A stretch of 64,000 nt of DNA from Mobula hypostoma (taxonomy: Eukaryota): contig NC_086097.1 in NCBI RefSeq assembly GCF_963921235.1, positions 39,806,001 through 39,870,000 on the forward strand, written 5' to 3'. A program made the translations under genes and the position numbers. Of this stretch, positions 1 through 11,497 are shown in pieces. Under the pieces are notes generated by a model. The model worked only from the letters and a program-made list of their open reading frames with translations. It ran no database searches and had not been told where the DNA came from. Numbering within the stretch: the stretch's first letter is position 1; every line of letters begins with the position of its first letter.

Positions 1-446
1 GTGATTTTTACCCTGTTGATGTTAACTGCTTGTTCTTCTCATTGCTACTGGGTCATTTTTAGTAAGATAGAAAATACTGGAAGCACTTGACAAGGAAGGT
101 GATATCTGTGACGAGGGAAGAAGGATTAAAGCTTCAGGTCGTTGATCTTCAATAAAGTGCCTTGGAATACTGTAACACAGAGAATGCAACAACGTAGAGC
201 AATGTATACTAAGAGTGAAATACACCATTCGAATCATATACAGTCTTGACAAGCTGATAAATCTGCATGTTCCACTCTGTAACTCACAGAAAAAAATTAA
301 TGCAGCTACAGCAAATAATCCAGAAAGCAAACAGAACATCATTATTTACGGTTTGGGTAGCTGAACACACAGTGAGGAGGTTAACCTTCAGTTACTTAGG
401 GCATTGGTGAACTTCTTCTGGGGTATTATGTCCAATATTGGTCTCC

Positions 447-861
447 TTAGAAGGATGAGGGGGGATCTTGCTGAAACCTTTTGAATGTTGAAAGGCCTAG
501 ACAGAGTAGATATGGAAATGATGTTTCCCATGGTGGGGGAGTCCAGGGCAAAAGGGCACAGCCTCAGGATAGAGGGATGCCCTTTTAAAAGAGAGATGCA
601 GAGAAACTTCTTTAGCCAAAGGGTGGTGAATTTGTGGAATTTGTTGCTACATGCAGCTGTGGAGGCCAGGTTGTTGGGTGTATTTAAGGCAGAGATTGAT
701 AGGTTCTTGATTGAATATGGCAACGAGGGTTATGGGGAGAAGGCCGAGAACTAGGGTTGAGGAGGAGAAAAAAAAGTATTAGCCATGATTGAATGGCGAA
801 GCAGACTTGATGGGCCGGATGGCCTAATTCTACTCCTATGTCTTATGGCCTTATGGTCTTA
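447..861 (+). mobile_element. CR1 LINE 3' fragment (RT C-terminus + 3'UTR)
   Basis: ORF 485..754 (GHSLRIEG..RNFFSQRVVNLWN) is the CR1 ORF2 C-terminus; ends in (TCTTATGG)n-type tail. Confidence 0.9.
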
Positions 862-1039
862 TTTAAAAAAGAACGTAAATATATTGGAAACAGTTCAGAA
901 AAGATATATTTGATTAATACATGAAATGAGCATGTTGTCTCATGAGGAAAGGTGGTCCAGGCTAGGCTTGGATCCAGAACAATGCACAGAAACTGCTGGA
1001 GGAACTCAGCAGGCCAGGCAGTGTCTATGGAAAAGAGTA

Positions 1040-1077
1040 CAGTTGATGTTTCAGGCCAAGACTCTTCAGCAAGACTG
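1040..1077 (-). ncRNA. Degenerate minimal hammerhead ribozyme motif (PLE pLTR)
   Basis: Minus strand CAGTC-TTGCTGA-AGAGTCTTGGCCT-GAAA-CATC-AACTG; core mutated. Confidence 0.5.
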
Positions 1078-1433
1078 GAGAAAAAAAGATGAGGAGTAGA
1101 GTTAAAAGGTGGGGGGGGGGGAAGGGAGGAGAGAAACACAATATAATAGGTGAAAGTGGGAGGGGAGGGGTGAAGTGAAGAGCTGAAAAATTGATTGGTG
1201 AAATAGATACAGGGCTGGCGAAGAGCGAGTCTGAAAGGAGAGGGCAGAAAGCCATGGAAGAAAGAAAAGTGGGGAAGCGCACCAGAGAGAGGCAGTAGGC
1301 AGGCATGGAGATAAGATGAGAGAGTGAAAAGAGGATGGGGAATGTTGAAGGAGAAGGTAGGCATTACTAGAAGTTCGAGAAATTGATTTTCATGCCATCA
1401 GGTTGGAGGCTACCCAGACGAATATGAGGTGTA

Positions 1434-3825
1434 CTTTATAGTTTATACTTTATTGTCGCCAAACAATTGATACTAGAACGTACAATCATCACAGCGATAT
1501 TTGATTCTACGTTTCCCGCTCCCTGGATTACAAATCGATAGTAAACATTAAAAATTTAAATTATATATCATAAATAGAAAATAGAAAAATGGAAAGTAAG
1601 GTAGTGCAAAAAAACCGAGAGGCAGGTCCAGATATTTGGAGGGTACGGCCCAGATCCGGGTCAGGATCCGTTCAGCAGTCTTATCACAGTTGGAAAGAAG
1701 CTGTTCCCAAATCTGGCCATACGAGTCTTCAAGCTCCTAAGACTCCTCCTGGAGGGAAGAGGGACAAAAAATGTGTTGGCTGGGTGGGTCATGTCCTTGA
1801 TTATCCTGGCAGCACTGCTCCGACAGCGTGCGGTGTAAAGCGAGTCCAAGGACGGAAGATTGGTTTGTGTGATGTGCTGCGCCGTGTTCACGATCTTCTG
1901 CAGCTTCTTTCGGTCTTGGACAGGACAACTTCCATACCAGGTTGTGATGCACCCTAGAAGAATGCTTTCTACGGTGCATCTATAAAAATTAATGAGGGTT
2001 TTGGGGGACAGGCCAAATTTCTTCAGTTTTCTCAGGAAGTAAAGGCGCTGGTGGGCCTTCTTGGCAGTGAACTCTGCTTGGTTGGACCAAGTCAGGTCAT
2101 TTGTGATATTGACTTGAAGGAACTTAAAGCTTTTGACTTGTTCCACTTGTGCATCACCGATGTAAATTGGGTCGTGCAGTCCACTACTCCTTCCGAAGTC
2201 AACAACCAATTCCTTCGTCTTGCTGACGTTGAGGGATAGGTTATTGTCTTCGCACCATGCCACCAGGTTCATAATTTCCTCTCTGTACTCAAGCTCATCA
2301 TTACCCAAAATACGGCCTACAATTGTGGTGTCATCAGCAAACTTATATATTGAGTTTGATGGAAACTTGGCTACACCATCATGGGTGTACAGTGAGTACA
2401 GCAGGGGGCTGAGTATACAGCCTTGTGGGGCACCGGTGCTCAGAGTGATTGTAGAGGAGAGTTTGTCCCGTTTTTACAGCCTGGGTCCTGTCTGTGAGGA
2501 AGTTGAAGATCCAGCTGCTGATCTGAGTGCTAAGGCCCAGGTTCCGGAGCTTAGGAATCAGTTTATTTGGAATGATGGTATTAAAGATAGAGCTGTAGTC
2601 AATGAAAAGGAGCCTTACGTATGCGTCTTTATTCTCCAGGTCTTCTAAGGAGGAAAGTAGGGCCAGAGAGATGGCAACTGCCACTGACCTGTTGCTCCTG
2701 TGGGCGAATTACAAAGTGTCGAAGTTGACTGGTAGGCTGTGGTTGATGTGTGCCATAACCAATCTCTCGAAGCACTTCATAGCAATTGATGTCAGAGCCA
2801 CAGGTCGATAGTCATTCAGGCATGCCACCTTGCTCTTCTTCGGCACTGGGATTATCGTTGCCTTCTTAAAACATGAAGGGATCTTAGACTGAAGCAAGGA
2901 GCAGTTGAAGATGTCAGCAAACACTCCAGCTAGCTTGCTTGCACAGGCCCGGAGAAACTGGCCTGGGACGCCATCTGGGTCCATCGCCTTCCTTGGATTT
3001 ATCTTCAGGAAGGCCCTTCTAACGTCCTCCTTGGTGATGATGAATCTCGATGCCGCCAGGTCCGGTTCATCCGGAGGGAGCAGGATGCTCCTCTTCTGTT
3101 CGAATCTTGCGTAGAATACGTTAAGTTTGTCAGGAAGAGAAACGCCACAGTTATTGATTTTCCCAGCCTTTTCTTTGCACCCAGTGATCTCATTTAGACC
3201 CTGCCATAGTCTACTGGCATCGCTCTGGTTAGACTGGGCTTCCAACTTGGCTCGATATTGCCTCTTAGCAGCTTTAATGGCTTTCCGGAGTTCACGCCTG
3301 GATTCCGTGTAGCAACTGGTATCCCCGGACCTAAAAGCCGCAGCTCTAGCCTTTAAAAGGGACTTGACCTCATAATTCATCCAAGGTTTCCAGTTAGGGA
3401 ATACCTGGATCATCCTGCAAGACACACAGTCCTCCGTGCATTTCCAAATAAAGTCCGTGACAGCTGAGGCATACTCATCGAGGTTAGCTGCCAAGTCCTT
3501 GAATACTAACCAGTCCACCGATTCAAAGCAGTCACGGAGGACCTTATCCGTTTCCTCCGTCCAACGCGACACTACTTTTGACACTGTGACCTCCCGCTTC
3601 AGTTTCTGCTTGTAAGCCGGGAGGTCTGATGGTCCGATTTTCCGAAGTGAGGTTGTGGGATGGAATGGTAGACATCCTTGACTGCTGTGTAGCAGTGGTC
3701 AAGTATATTTGGGCCTCTAGTGGGGCAGGAGACATGTTGGTATAACTTTGGCAGCGCCTTTCTGAGGTTGGCCTGGTTAAAGTCCCCGACTGTAATGAGC
3801 AAAGCCTCCTTATTCCTGGTCTCAA
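1434..3825 (-). mobile_element. Rex1/Babar-clade LINE, 5'-truncated (APE end + RT, frameshifted)
   Basis: ORFs 3599..3802 (GDFNQANL..LDHCY), 2709..3584 (KAMDPDG..NDYRPVALTS..MKCFERL), 2379..2684 (YVRLLFIDYSS), 1661..2308 (KAHQRLYFLRKLKKF); AATAAA plus short-repeat tail at 1434-1460. Confidence 0.92.
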
Positions 3826-4200
3826 TTTCACTTCATCAAAGTGAAGTGAAGGTGCTGTTCCTTCACCAAAGTGTGGCCTTATCATGACAGTAAAGGAGGC
3901 CATGGATGGACATATTGGAATTAGAATGGGAAGTGGAATTAAAATGGGTGGCCACTGGGAGATCCTGCTTCTTCTGATGGATGGAGCAAAGCAGTCTCCC
4001 AATCTACATCAGATCTAACCAATATACAGGAGGGCACACTGGGAGCACTGGACACAGTATATGACCGCAACAGACTCACAGGTAAAGTGTCGCCTCACCT
4101 GGAAGGTGTGTTTGGAATCCTAAATGCTTGTGAAAGGGGAGGTGTAGGGGATGTGTCCCCTCCCACCACCTTTTAAACCTACTCCTCATCTTTTTTTCTC

Positions 4201-4238
4201 CAGCCCTGCTGAAGGATCTCGGCCCGAAATGTCAACTG
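4201..4238 (+). ncRNA. Degenerate minimal hammerhead ribozyme motif (PLE pLTR)
   Basis: CAGCC-CTGCTGA-AGGATCTCGGCCC-GAAA-TGTC-AACTG; A6>C in core. Confidence 0.55.
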
Positions 4239-4659
4239 TACTCTTTTCCATAGATGCTGCCTGCTGAGTTCCTCCAGCATTTTGTGTGTGTTGCTAGGAT
4301 TTCCAGCATCTGCAAATTTTCTCTTGTTTGTGATGAGGTGTAGCTGGTTCAAATGGCAGAAAGCAGGTGCTAGAATGGTCTTTTGGTTTTTATTTTCCAC
4401 TCTGTTTTCACTGCAGAAATTGTATTTAAGAGCCTGGAATATAATTCAAAACTATATCTTTGTTACATTAGAACTTGTATCAAAATGCTGACATGGATAG
4501 CAGACAAGAAAGAAAAAGAGAGATGATGTGTTGTTTGCTTATGCAAGGAGCAGAGTGAGAGTTTGAATTCATGCCTCATCCAAGGGAGAGCTGCAGTTTC
4601 TATTATTTGTGGTAATGAAATATTTTCTTAAAAGTAGAACCATCAAGACAAGGTTACTA

Positions 4660-4880
4660 TAGTAAAGGAAGGTGAACTGGTTATTGACTAGAAGGGAGCA
4701 TGACACAACAGACGTGGGTTCATTCCTGACATTGGGTGTTATTTGTGAGGACTTTTGTATGATTTCACTGTCGCAGCGTGAGTTTTCTCCATGTCTTCTC
4801 GTTTCCTCCCACATCCCAAAGATGTGCAAACTGGCCAATGCAAGCCGCCACTTGTGTGTCGATGAGTGGCAGAATCTGAG
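4660..4880 (+). mobile_element. Degenerate V-SINE (HE1-like)
   Basis: GTTTCCTCCCACATCCCAAAGATGTGC V-domain motif, similar to 58510-58785. Confidence 0.55.
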
Positions 4881-6033
4881 AGTAGCTGGGGAGAATGAAA
4901 TTGGGATTTGTGTGAAGGTTGGTGTGTGGCGATGGCTCATAGCTCTACAACATGAATCATTAGATCAATGCTGGGCTCCCAGGGCGATTGTAAGAATATA
5001 CAAGATCCATCATTTGGCAAGGTGTGGTGGAGAGGAAAGGAAGTACATCCTTGTGTCAACTCTTTTATTAACCCCACAGAAAAGGACACAGTACAGATGG
5101 ACATGGATGTCCCTGAACACCCACTGGCACAGCCAGTGGCAATTAATTCCTGGCCTGTTGTAAATGTAGAGGGCAGGGGAAGTGAACAGCTCCACAACAG
5201 ATCTTAACAGGGGAGATGTGGAGAGAATCTTGAACTTGGAGTCACTGCTTAAAAGTGAAGGATCACCCATTTAAGTCAGGAATGAGATAACTTTATTCTT
5301 TCAGAGGCTGGAGAATCTTCGGAACTCTTTCAAGGAGGGATGGAAGCAGAGTCTTTAAATAGTTTTATGGTAGTAGTAGATAGAGGTGAAAGGTCTTATG
5401 AAACTTAATATCTGTACTCACATGCAGATTAAACGTTTCGTGTGTGGGAATATCTGCATTGACCTATACCACAACATTCTGTAGTCTCTCTCCATTTAAA
5501 CAGTATTATTCTTTTCCTGCTACCAAAATAGTTAACTTTACTATTATACATCTCACACACCACCTGCCAAGTTTCTGTTCACTTACTTAACCTACCTGGA
5601 TCCCTTTGCAGACCCCTTACATCCTCTGTATTAATAGAAGTTCTTTAACAAATTTATGACTTTTGGCAAAAATGCTTAAGTCTTCTGTGGTAAAATTATA
5701 TAAAATGATATATACTGTAAGGAGAAAAATTATCAAGATATTTGGTATTTATCTTGTACTTTCAGGTGTTTTGGATATTAAGAAAATCAAACAATATTGG
5801 TTTAGTGCAGGAAAGTAGTACCAAGCTGAAAGATTAGCTGTGATCATATTGAACAGCAAAACTTGTGAGAATCTGAAAGGCTTACTTCTATTTTTGTCTT
5901 ATCTTCTGTTTGAAAGTTGAGTGCTGACAAAATAAAAATTAGTGATTTGATATATGAGCTAAATGATAAATGGATATGGAATGCAAAAATTGAAAAGCAT
6001 AAATTCAAAGGTTTAAACAATTAAGTCAGGAAG

Positions 6034-7224
6034 ATAGAAACATAGAAAACCTAAAGTACTATACAGGCCCTTTGGCCCATAATGCTGCGCCGAACATGTC
6101 CATACCTGAGAAATTACCTAGGGATAACTATAGCCCTCTATTTTTCTAAGCTCCATGTACCTATCCAGGAGTCTCTTAAAATACCCTATTGTATCTGCCT
6201 CCACCACGCACTCCATCACGCTCTGCATAAAAAACTTACCCCTGATATCTCCTCTGCACCTACTTTCAAGCACCTTAAAACTGTGCCCTCTCATGCTAGC
6301 CATTTCAGCCCTGGAAAAAGCTTCTGGCTATCCACATGATCAATGTCTCTCATCATCTTATACACCTCTATCAGGTCACCTCTCATCCTCTGTCGCTCCA
6401 AGGAGAAAAGGCCAAGTCCACTCAACCTATTCTCATAAGGCATGCTCCCCAATCCAGCTAACATCCTTGTAAATCTCCTCTGCACCCTTTTTATGGTTTC
6501 CATGTCCTTCCTATAGTGAGGCAACCAGAACTGAGCACAGTACTCCAAGTTGGGTCTGACCAGAGTCCTATATAACTGCAACATTACCTTTCTGCTCCTA
6601 AACTCAATCCAACAATTGATGAAGGCCAATGCACCGCATGCTTTCTTAACCACAGAGTCAACCTGCGCAGTAGCTTTGCGTGTCCTATGGATTTGGACCC
6701 CAAGATCCCTCTGATCCTCCACACTGCCAAGAGTCTTACCATTAATACTATATTCTGCCATCATATTTGACCTACCAAAATGAACCACCTCACAATTATT
6801 TGGGTTGAACTCCATCTGCCACTTCTCAGCCCAGTTTTGCATCCTATCAATGTCCCACTGTAACTTCTGACATCCCTCCACACTACACACAAAACCTACA
6901 ACCTTTGTGTCATCAGCAATTTACCAACCCACCCCTCCACTTCGTCATCCAAGTCATTTATAAAAATCACGAAGAGTAAGGGTCCCAGATCAGATCCCTG
7001 AGGCACACCGCTGGTGATCGACTGCCATGCAGAATATGACCCGCCTACAACCACTCTTTGCCTTCCGTGGGCAAACCAGTTCTGGATCCACAAAGCAATT
7101 TCACCTTGGTCCCATGCCTCCTTACTTTCTCAATCAGCCTTGCATGGGGTGCCTTATCAAATGCCTTGCTGAAATCCATATACACTACATCTACTGCTCT
7201 ACCTTCATCAATGTGTTTAGTCGC
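6034..7224 (-). mobile_element. CR1 LINE, 5'-truncated RT region
   Basis: ORFs 7045..7299 (VYMDFSKAFDK), 6896..7093 (SGVPQGS.LGP), 6291..6890 (WQMEFN..LVRPNLEYCAQFW); tail at 6034-6050. Confidence 0.92.
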
Positions 7225-8429
7225 ATTGATATTATATTTTAAAACAGATTCAATTAATATCAACTTTGGTAACGAAAGAAAATCTAGAAATGAATTCATG
7301 CTTTCTGAGAGTCTATATAATTGATATCTATAGACACTCCTGTAAAGCTGTTGACTTCATCAAAATAAAAATCCAAGTTTGATAGGCAGTCATGTTCTTC
7401 TTCTCACAAAATCTTGCCTGATATTTTTGCAAGTGTGTTTCTTCCTTGCCTTAGATGATGGGTACTAAAACCTCTCTGCTGATGTTAAACTGTCAGTGTA
7501 TAGTTATTGGTTTCACTTTTTGAGGATAATGAACCAAGCTTTGCAGTTTTCTAATCCAGAGGCACAACTCTTGAATCTAGAGAACATTATAAAATTACAG
7601 CTAACATCATGGGCAATTTGTTTATCAAGTACTTTTCATATCTTGGAGAGGCAACCATGAAGCCTAGGAAATGTGCAGTATGCTTCTTAAATTCCATTTT
7701 CTCCCTTACCATTTAAAAAACCTTAGATCCATGGGTCTGCTCCTCTTTAGTTATTTATTCATTCTGGAGTGCAACTGATATTTTGTCTTTTCTCATTGAT
7801 GAAACTGATACAAACCATTCATTTAATAACTTTGTCTTTATATTATTATCAATTGTAATGTTAACTGCATTCATATTCTACTTTATCATTCTTGATTTAT
7901 TAATACATTTATAAAATATGCTTCCGTAGCTTTCATATCTTCTGCTAATCTTTTTTATTTCATAATATTTCTTTCAATTTCTTATTTGCTTCCTTGCATT
8001 CCTTTGTCACTTTTGATAACAATCGCCTATTTCATTATTCAAAATGTCAAAAGTGTCTTTTTAAAAATATGGTTTCTTCCACTTTGGTATATACATCTTT
8101 TAGTTATTAAATTCCAGCTGCTGAGTTTAACTGCTATTAGGTCTTTGGAATAACAAGTAGTTTTGTGGCCTTCAAGGAACAGGCCACCTCAAACTTCACT
8201 CCACCCATCTATACAATTTGCATAATATTATCATTTCATAAACAGAGATTATCTGATATTTAGTGAGAAGCATCTTTGGGTAGCTAATAGAATGCTGAAA
8301 ATTCTGAATCTGTGCATGCTGTTGTATCACATTTATTTCATGTAAAATATTTTTTTCACAATACCTACCTTATATCCTTCTGTCATTTTGAGTTAGCTAT
8401 GTGTTTGCCTGAGAATCATTAAACACATA

Positions 8430-9490
8430 CTCCAACTGGGAACAGATCTACATAGGGAAATGCACCATGTAAATGTGGAGGTTGTCTTAGGGAGCACTTG
8501 AATGGGGTTCTTGTTAGGTTTATCCCATTGAGGTAGGGAAAGAATGGTAGGGTGAAGGAACCATGGTTGACAAGAGATGTGGAACATTTAGTCAAGCTGA
8601 AGAAGGAAGCATACTTGAGTTTTAGGAAGCAATGATCAGACAGGGCTCTCGAAATTTGGAACATAGTCAAGAAGGACCTTAAGAAGGGAGAGCTAGAAGG
8701 GGACATGAGAAAGTCTTGGCGAGTAGAATTAAGGAAGACTCCAAGGCGTTCTACACGTATGTGAAGAACAGAAGGATGAGGAGTGTGAGAGTAGGAGCAA
8801 TAAGGGATAGAAGATTAGATTAGATTAGATTATGAGGACACGCAGTCCTCTTTTATTGTCATTTAATAATGCATGCATTAAGGAATGATACAATGTTTTC
8901 CCAGAATGATATCACGGAAACACATGACAAACCGACTTAAAAACTAACAAAAACCACATAATTATAACATATAGTTACAACAGTGCAAAACAATACTGTA
9001 ATTTGATAAGAACAGACCATGGCACAGTAAAAATCTCAAAGTCTCTCGAAAGTCCCATCATCTCACGCAGATGGTAAACCTCCAGCACCGCCAACTTGCC
9101 GATGCAGCATATTGGAAGTATCCGACCACAGTCTGACTCCCAGTCCGTCTGAAAACTCCGAGCCTCCAACCAGCTCTTCAACACCGAGCACTTCGACCCC
9201 GGCCCCGGCAACAGGCAATAGGCAAAGCCAAGGATTTAGGGCCTTTGTCTCTGGAGATTCTCGATCGCGCAGTAGCAGTGGCAGCAAAGCAGGCATTTCA
9301 GAAGTTACTCCAGATGAGACATGTGCCTGGAGTTGAGGAGGTAGGAGAAGCCTTTATTGAAGACTTTGCTTCAGTATTCACCAATGAGAGGGACCCGACA
9401 AATGTGAGAACACTGTACTGCAGCCTAATATGGTGGAATATGATGACATTAAGAAGGAGGATGTGATAGAAATTTTGAACAACTTTTGGA
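8430..9490 (+). mobile_element. CR1 internal fragment split by an insertion at 8812-9317
   Basis: Decayed ORF2 linker (PWLTRDV..LASRIKE..AFYTYVK..) resumes after 9317 (FASVFTNE). Confidence 0.7.
8812..9317 (-). mobile_element. Non-coding retroposon with (CTAAT)n tail (non-autonomous, LINE-tail-like)
   Basis: (ATTAG)4 on + strand, same tail type as the Rex1 copy at 56946; CpG-rich body with no RT similarity; interrupts a CR1. Confidence 0.55.
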
Positions 9491-9499
9491 TGTGGTAAT

Positions 9500-10185
9500 A
9501 TGGATTTTTGGAAGACGTTGGCATTTTGGGTTGACACCCTTTATCGGTTGAGATCTGGGGAAAAACAGAGGAGAGCTAACCAATCTAAAATGTGTGTGGG
9601 GGGGGCGGGAACGCAGGAGCTAGTAAATGAGCAAGTGATATTAGATCCCGCTGAGCGGGAAAATGAGGGTGGCAATGATGAGATAAGCTTGGAGGCGAAA
9701 GGTGGAAGTGACACATATCTGGGTGATAGGCAGATGGAGAGTGAGAGGGGAAAGACAAGGGGTGATGTCGAGTTGACATGGACTTTCATACTGTCAGCCA
9801 CCCCAGCCAGGATCCAGTGCACATTCCCACACCAACATGTTTGTCCTTCTCTCCTGACAGGTCATGTCAAATGAAAATGAGAGGAACAACACCTCATAAT
9901 CTGCCTGGGCAATCTCCAGCCTGGTAGCACAAACATAAATATCTCAAACTTACAGCAACTGCCCCCCCCCGTCCTTTTTCACCTATTTTTCTCTTCTTTC
10001 TCTCTTTCTTCGTCTCTCCTCTCTTTCTTTGTCTCGTCTGATCCACCTGGCCTACATCACCCCACGTCTTTCCCCTCCACTATCACCACACCTATCACCA
10101 CAGACTCCTCCAATTGGTTCCAGTTCCCACCTCTTTCCCTTCATTCCAGGCTCCACCACCCTCTTATCATCTTCAATATATTTTT
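9500..10185. mobile_element. Decayed inverted PLE pLTR pair
   Basis: Minus-strand decayed hammerhead at 9520-9547 (CCGATAA-AGGGTGTCAACCC-AAAA-TGCC); plus-strand GIY-YIG C-terminal EEQHLIICLGNLQP at ~9880-9955. Confidence 0.6.
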
Positions 10186-10870
10186 ATCAAGGTGCAGGAT
10201 ACCATGGAAGAGGTGCTGGTAAATGGGCTTAATATGGAAAAGTACTTGATGCTTGGCATTGATGTAGTGGGCCAAAGGGCCTGTATCTGTCCTTCTGAAT
10301 TTGTGGTTCTATTAGTCTAACTTACATTTGCCAATTTCCTTTATAAAAGTGAGTTTAAGATTTCATAATGGAAATATATAATTAAAGAGTGGATGTATGA
10401 TTTAAAAACTGAGGTAGGATGTTTCATGGCTGAATTATTCCGTGAACTCCATTTTGCCAAATGACTGCATTTAGGTTTGACTTCACATACACTGCCATCA
10501 ATAATCAGATTTCAAATATCCTCAGTATGAATGGCTTCTTCAAATGCCAAAGTTCTCATACACAATCCCTCTTTAGGACTAGGACTATGGTAGATAAGCT
10601 GACAAGCAATAAGACTGATAAAAAGTGAATTGGATCAATAGGCTGAATTTGAGGTTGGACTTGCGCTTGATTTAAGCTCACTTTAGGAATATTTTAATTA
10701 CTTGCAGCAAGAATCATTAATGGAGAATTGATGAATCAGATCATGAAATCTAATTACATGCAAAGGATTAATTTCCAGAAAGCATCAGAACCTCTCAACC
10801 CGATAACTGAGTGGAATATTATTTCTTAGTTTCATCACCTGTTGTTCAGTTCTTTTTGAATTACTTGTAG

Positions 10871-11162
10871 CAACTTCTCAAAAAGAATGAGGCAGCTTTT
10901 CCGGATCTGCTGATAGATAAGACTATACTGGACTATTCTCAAGTTCGGGCCACAGCGCAGGATTCTACTCAGCAAAGCACTGGCTCCATATATCTGCACT
11001 ACGCCAGTGGGTTCCTCGTGGTATCTGAAATGTTTATGCCATCATCTACAGATTTCCCAACCCTCAGGCTTGGAGGTCTGCTGACTGAGCCTGTGCTGGT
11101 TAAACCTGGAACATAAGGTGGACCCATTAAAATGAATGGGAGATGTTGATCGTGGGAGTAAG
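10871..11162 (+). other. Candidate spliced exon (81 open codons, then stop), product unknown
   Basis: Pyrimidine-rich tract then TTGTAG acceptor; open frame QLLKKNEAAFPDLLIDKTILDYSQ..KPGT* (10871-11116); donor AAG|GTAAGA after 11162; no homology recognised. Confidence 0.25.
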
Positions 11163-11267
11163 GTAAGAACAGCTTCACATTTGTTTGAATTGTATGTTCT
11201 AAATTTATTTTAACTCTGTGTGTGTGTGTGTGCACGTGCACATGTTTGCACTTGTACTTTTCCAGTG

Positions 11268-11497
11268 TTTCTTCCCCTCTGCCATCTGATTTCTGAAAGG
11301 ATATTCAACCCATGAACACTACCTCATACTTTTTTATTTCTGTTTTTTCACTACTTATTTAATTTAGCTGTTTGGTATACATATACTTGCTGTAATTCAC
11401 AGTTTTTCTCCATTGTTATGTATTGCATTGTACTGCTGTCTCAAAGTCAACAAATTTCACGACAAGTGGCACTGTTATTAAACCTTATTCTGATTGT
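11268..11497 (+). mobile_element. Rex1-type 3' end
   Basis: TTCTTCCCCTCTGCCATC and 3'UTR matching 31375-31648; ATTCTGATT tail. Confidence 0.75.

Larger units (their letters stand above)
970..4333 (-). mobile_element. Truncated Penelope-like element (GIY-YIG end + pLTR) with an inverted pLTR copy at 4157-4333, interrupted by a Rex1 LINE
   Basis: 970-1120 and 4157-4300 are reverse complements; 1340-1433 and 3849-4150 match the PLE endonuclease/pLTR segment also at 34215-34864 and 61037-61800. Confidence 0.8.

Noticed and set aside
22..342. 106-aa minus-strand ORF
   Set aside because: No recognisable domain or splice context; composition typical of random AT-rich DNA
11215..11240. (TG)n microsatellite
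   Set aside because: Short, ordinary simple repeat
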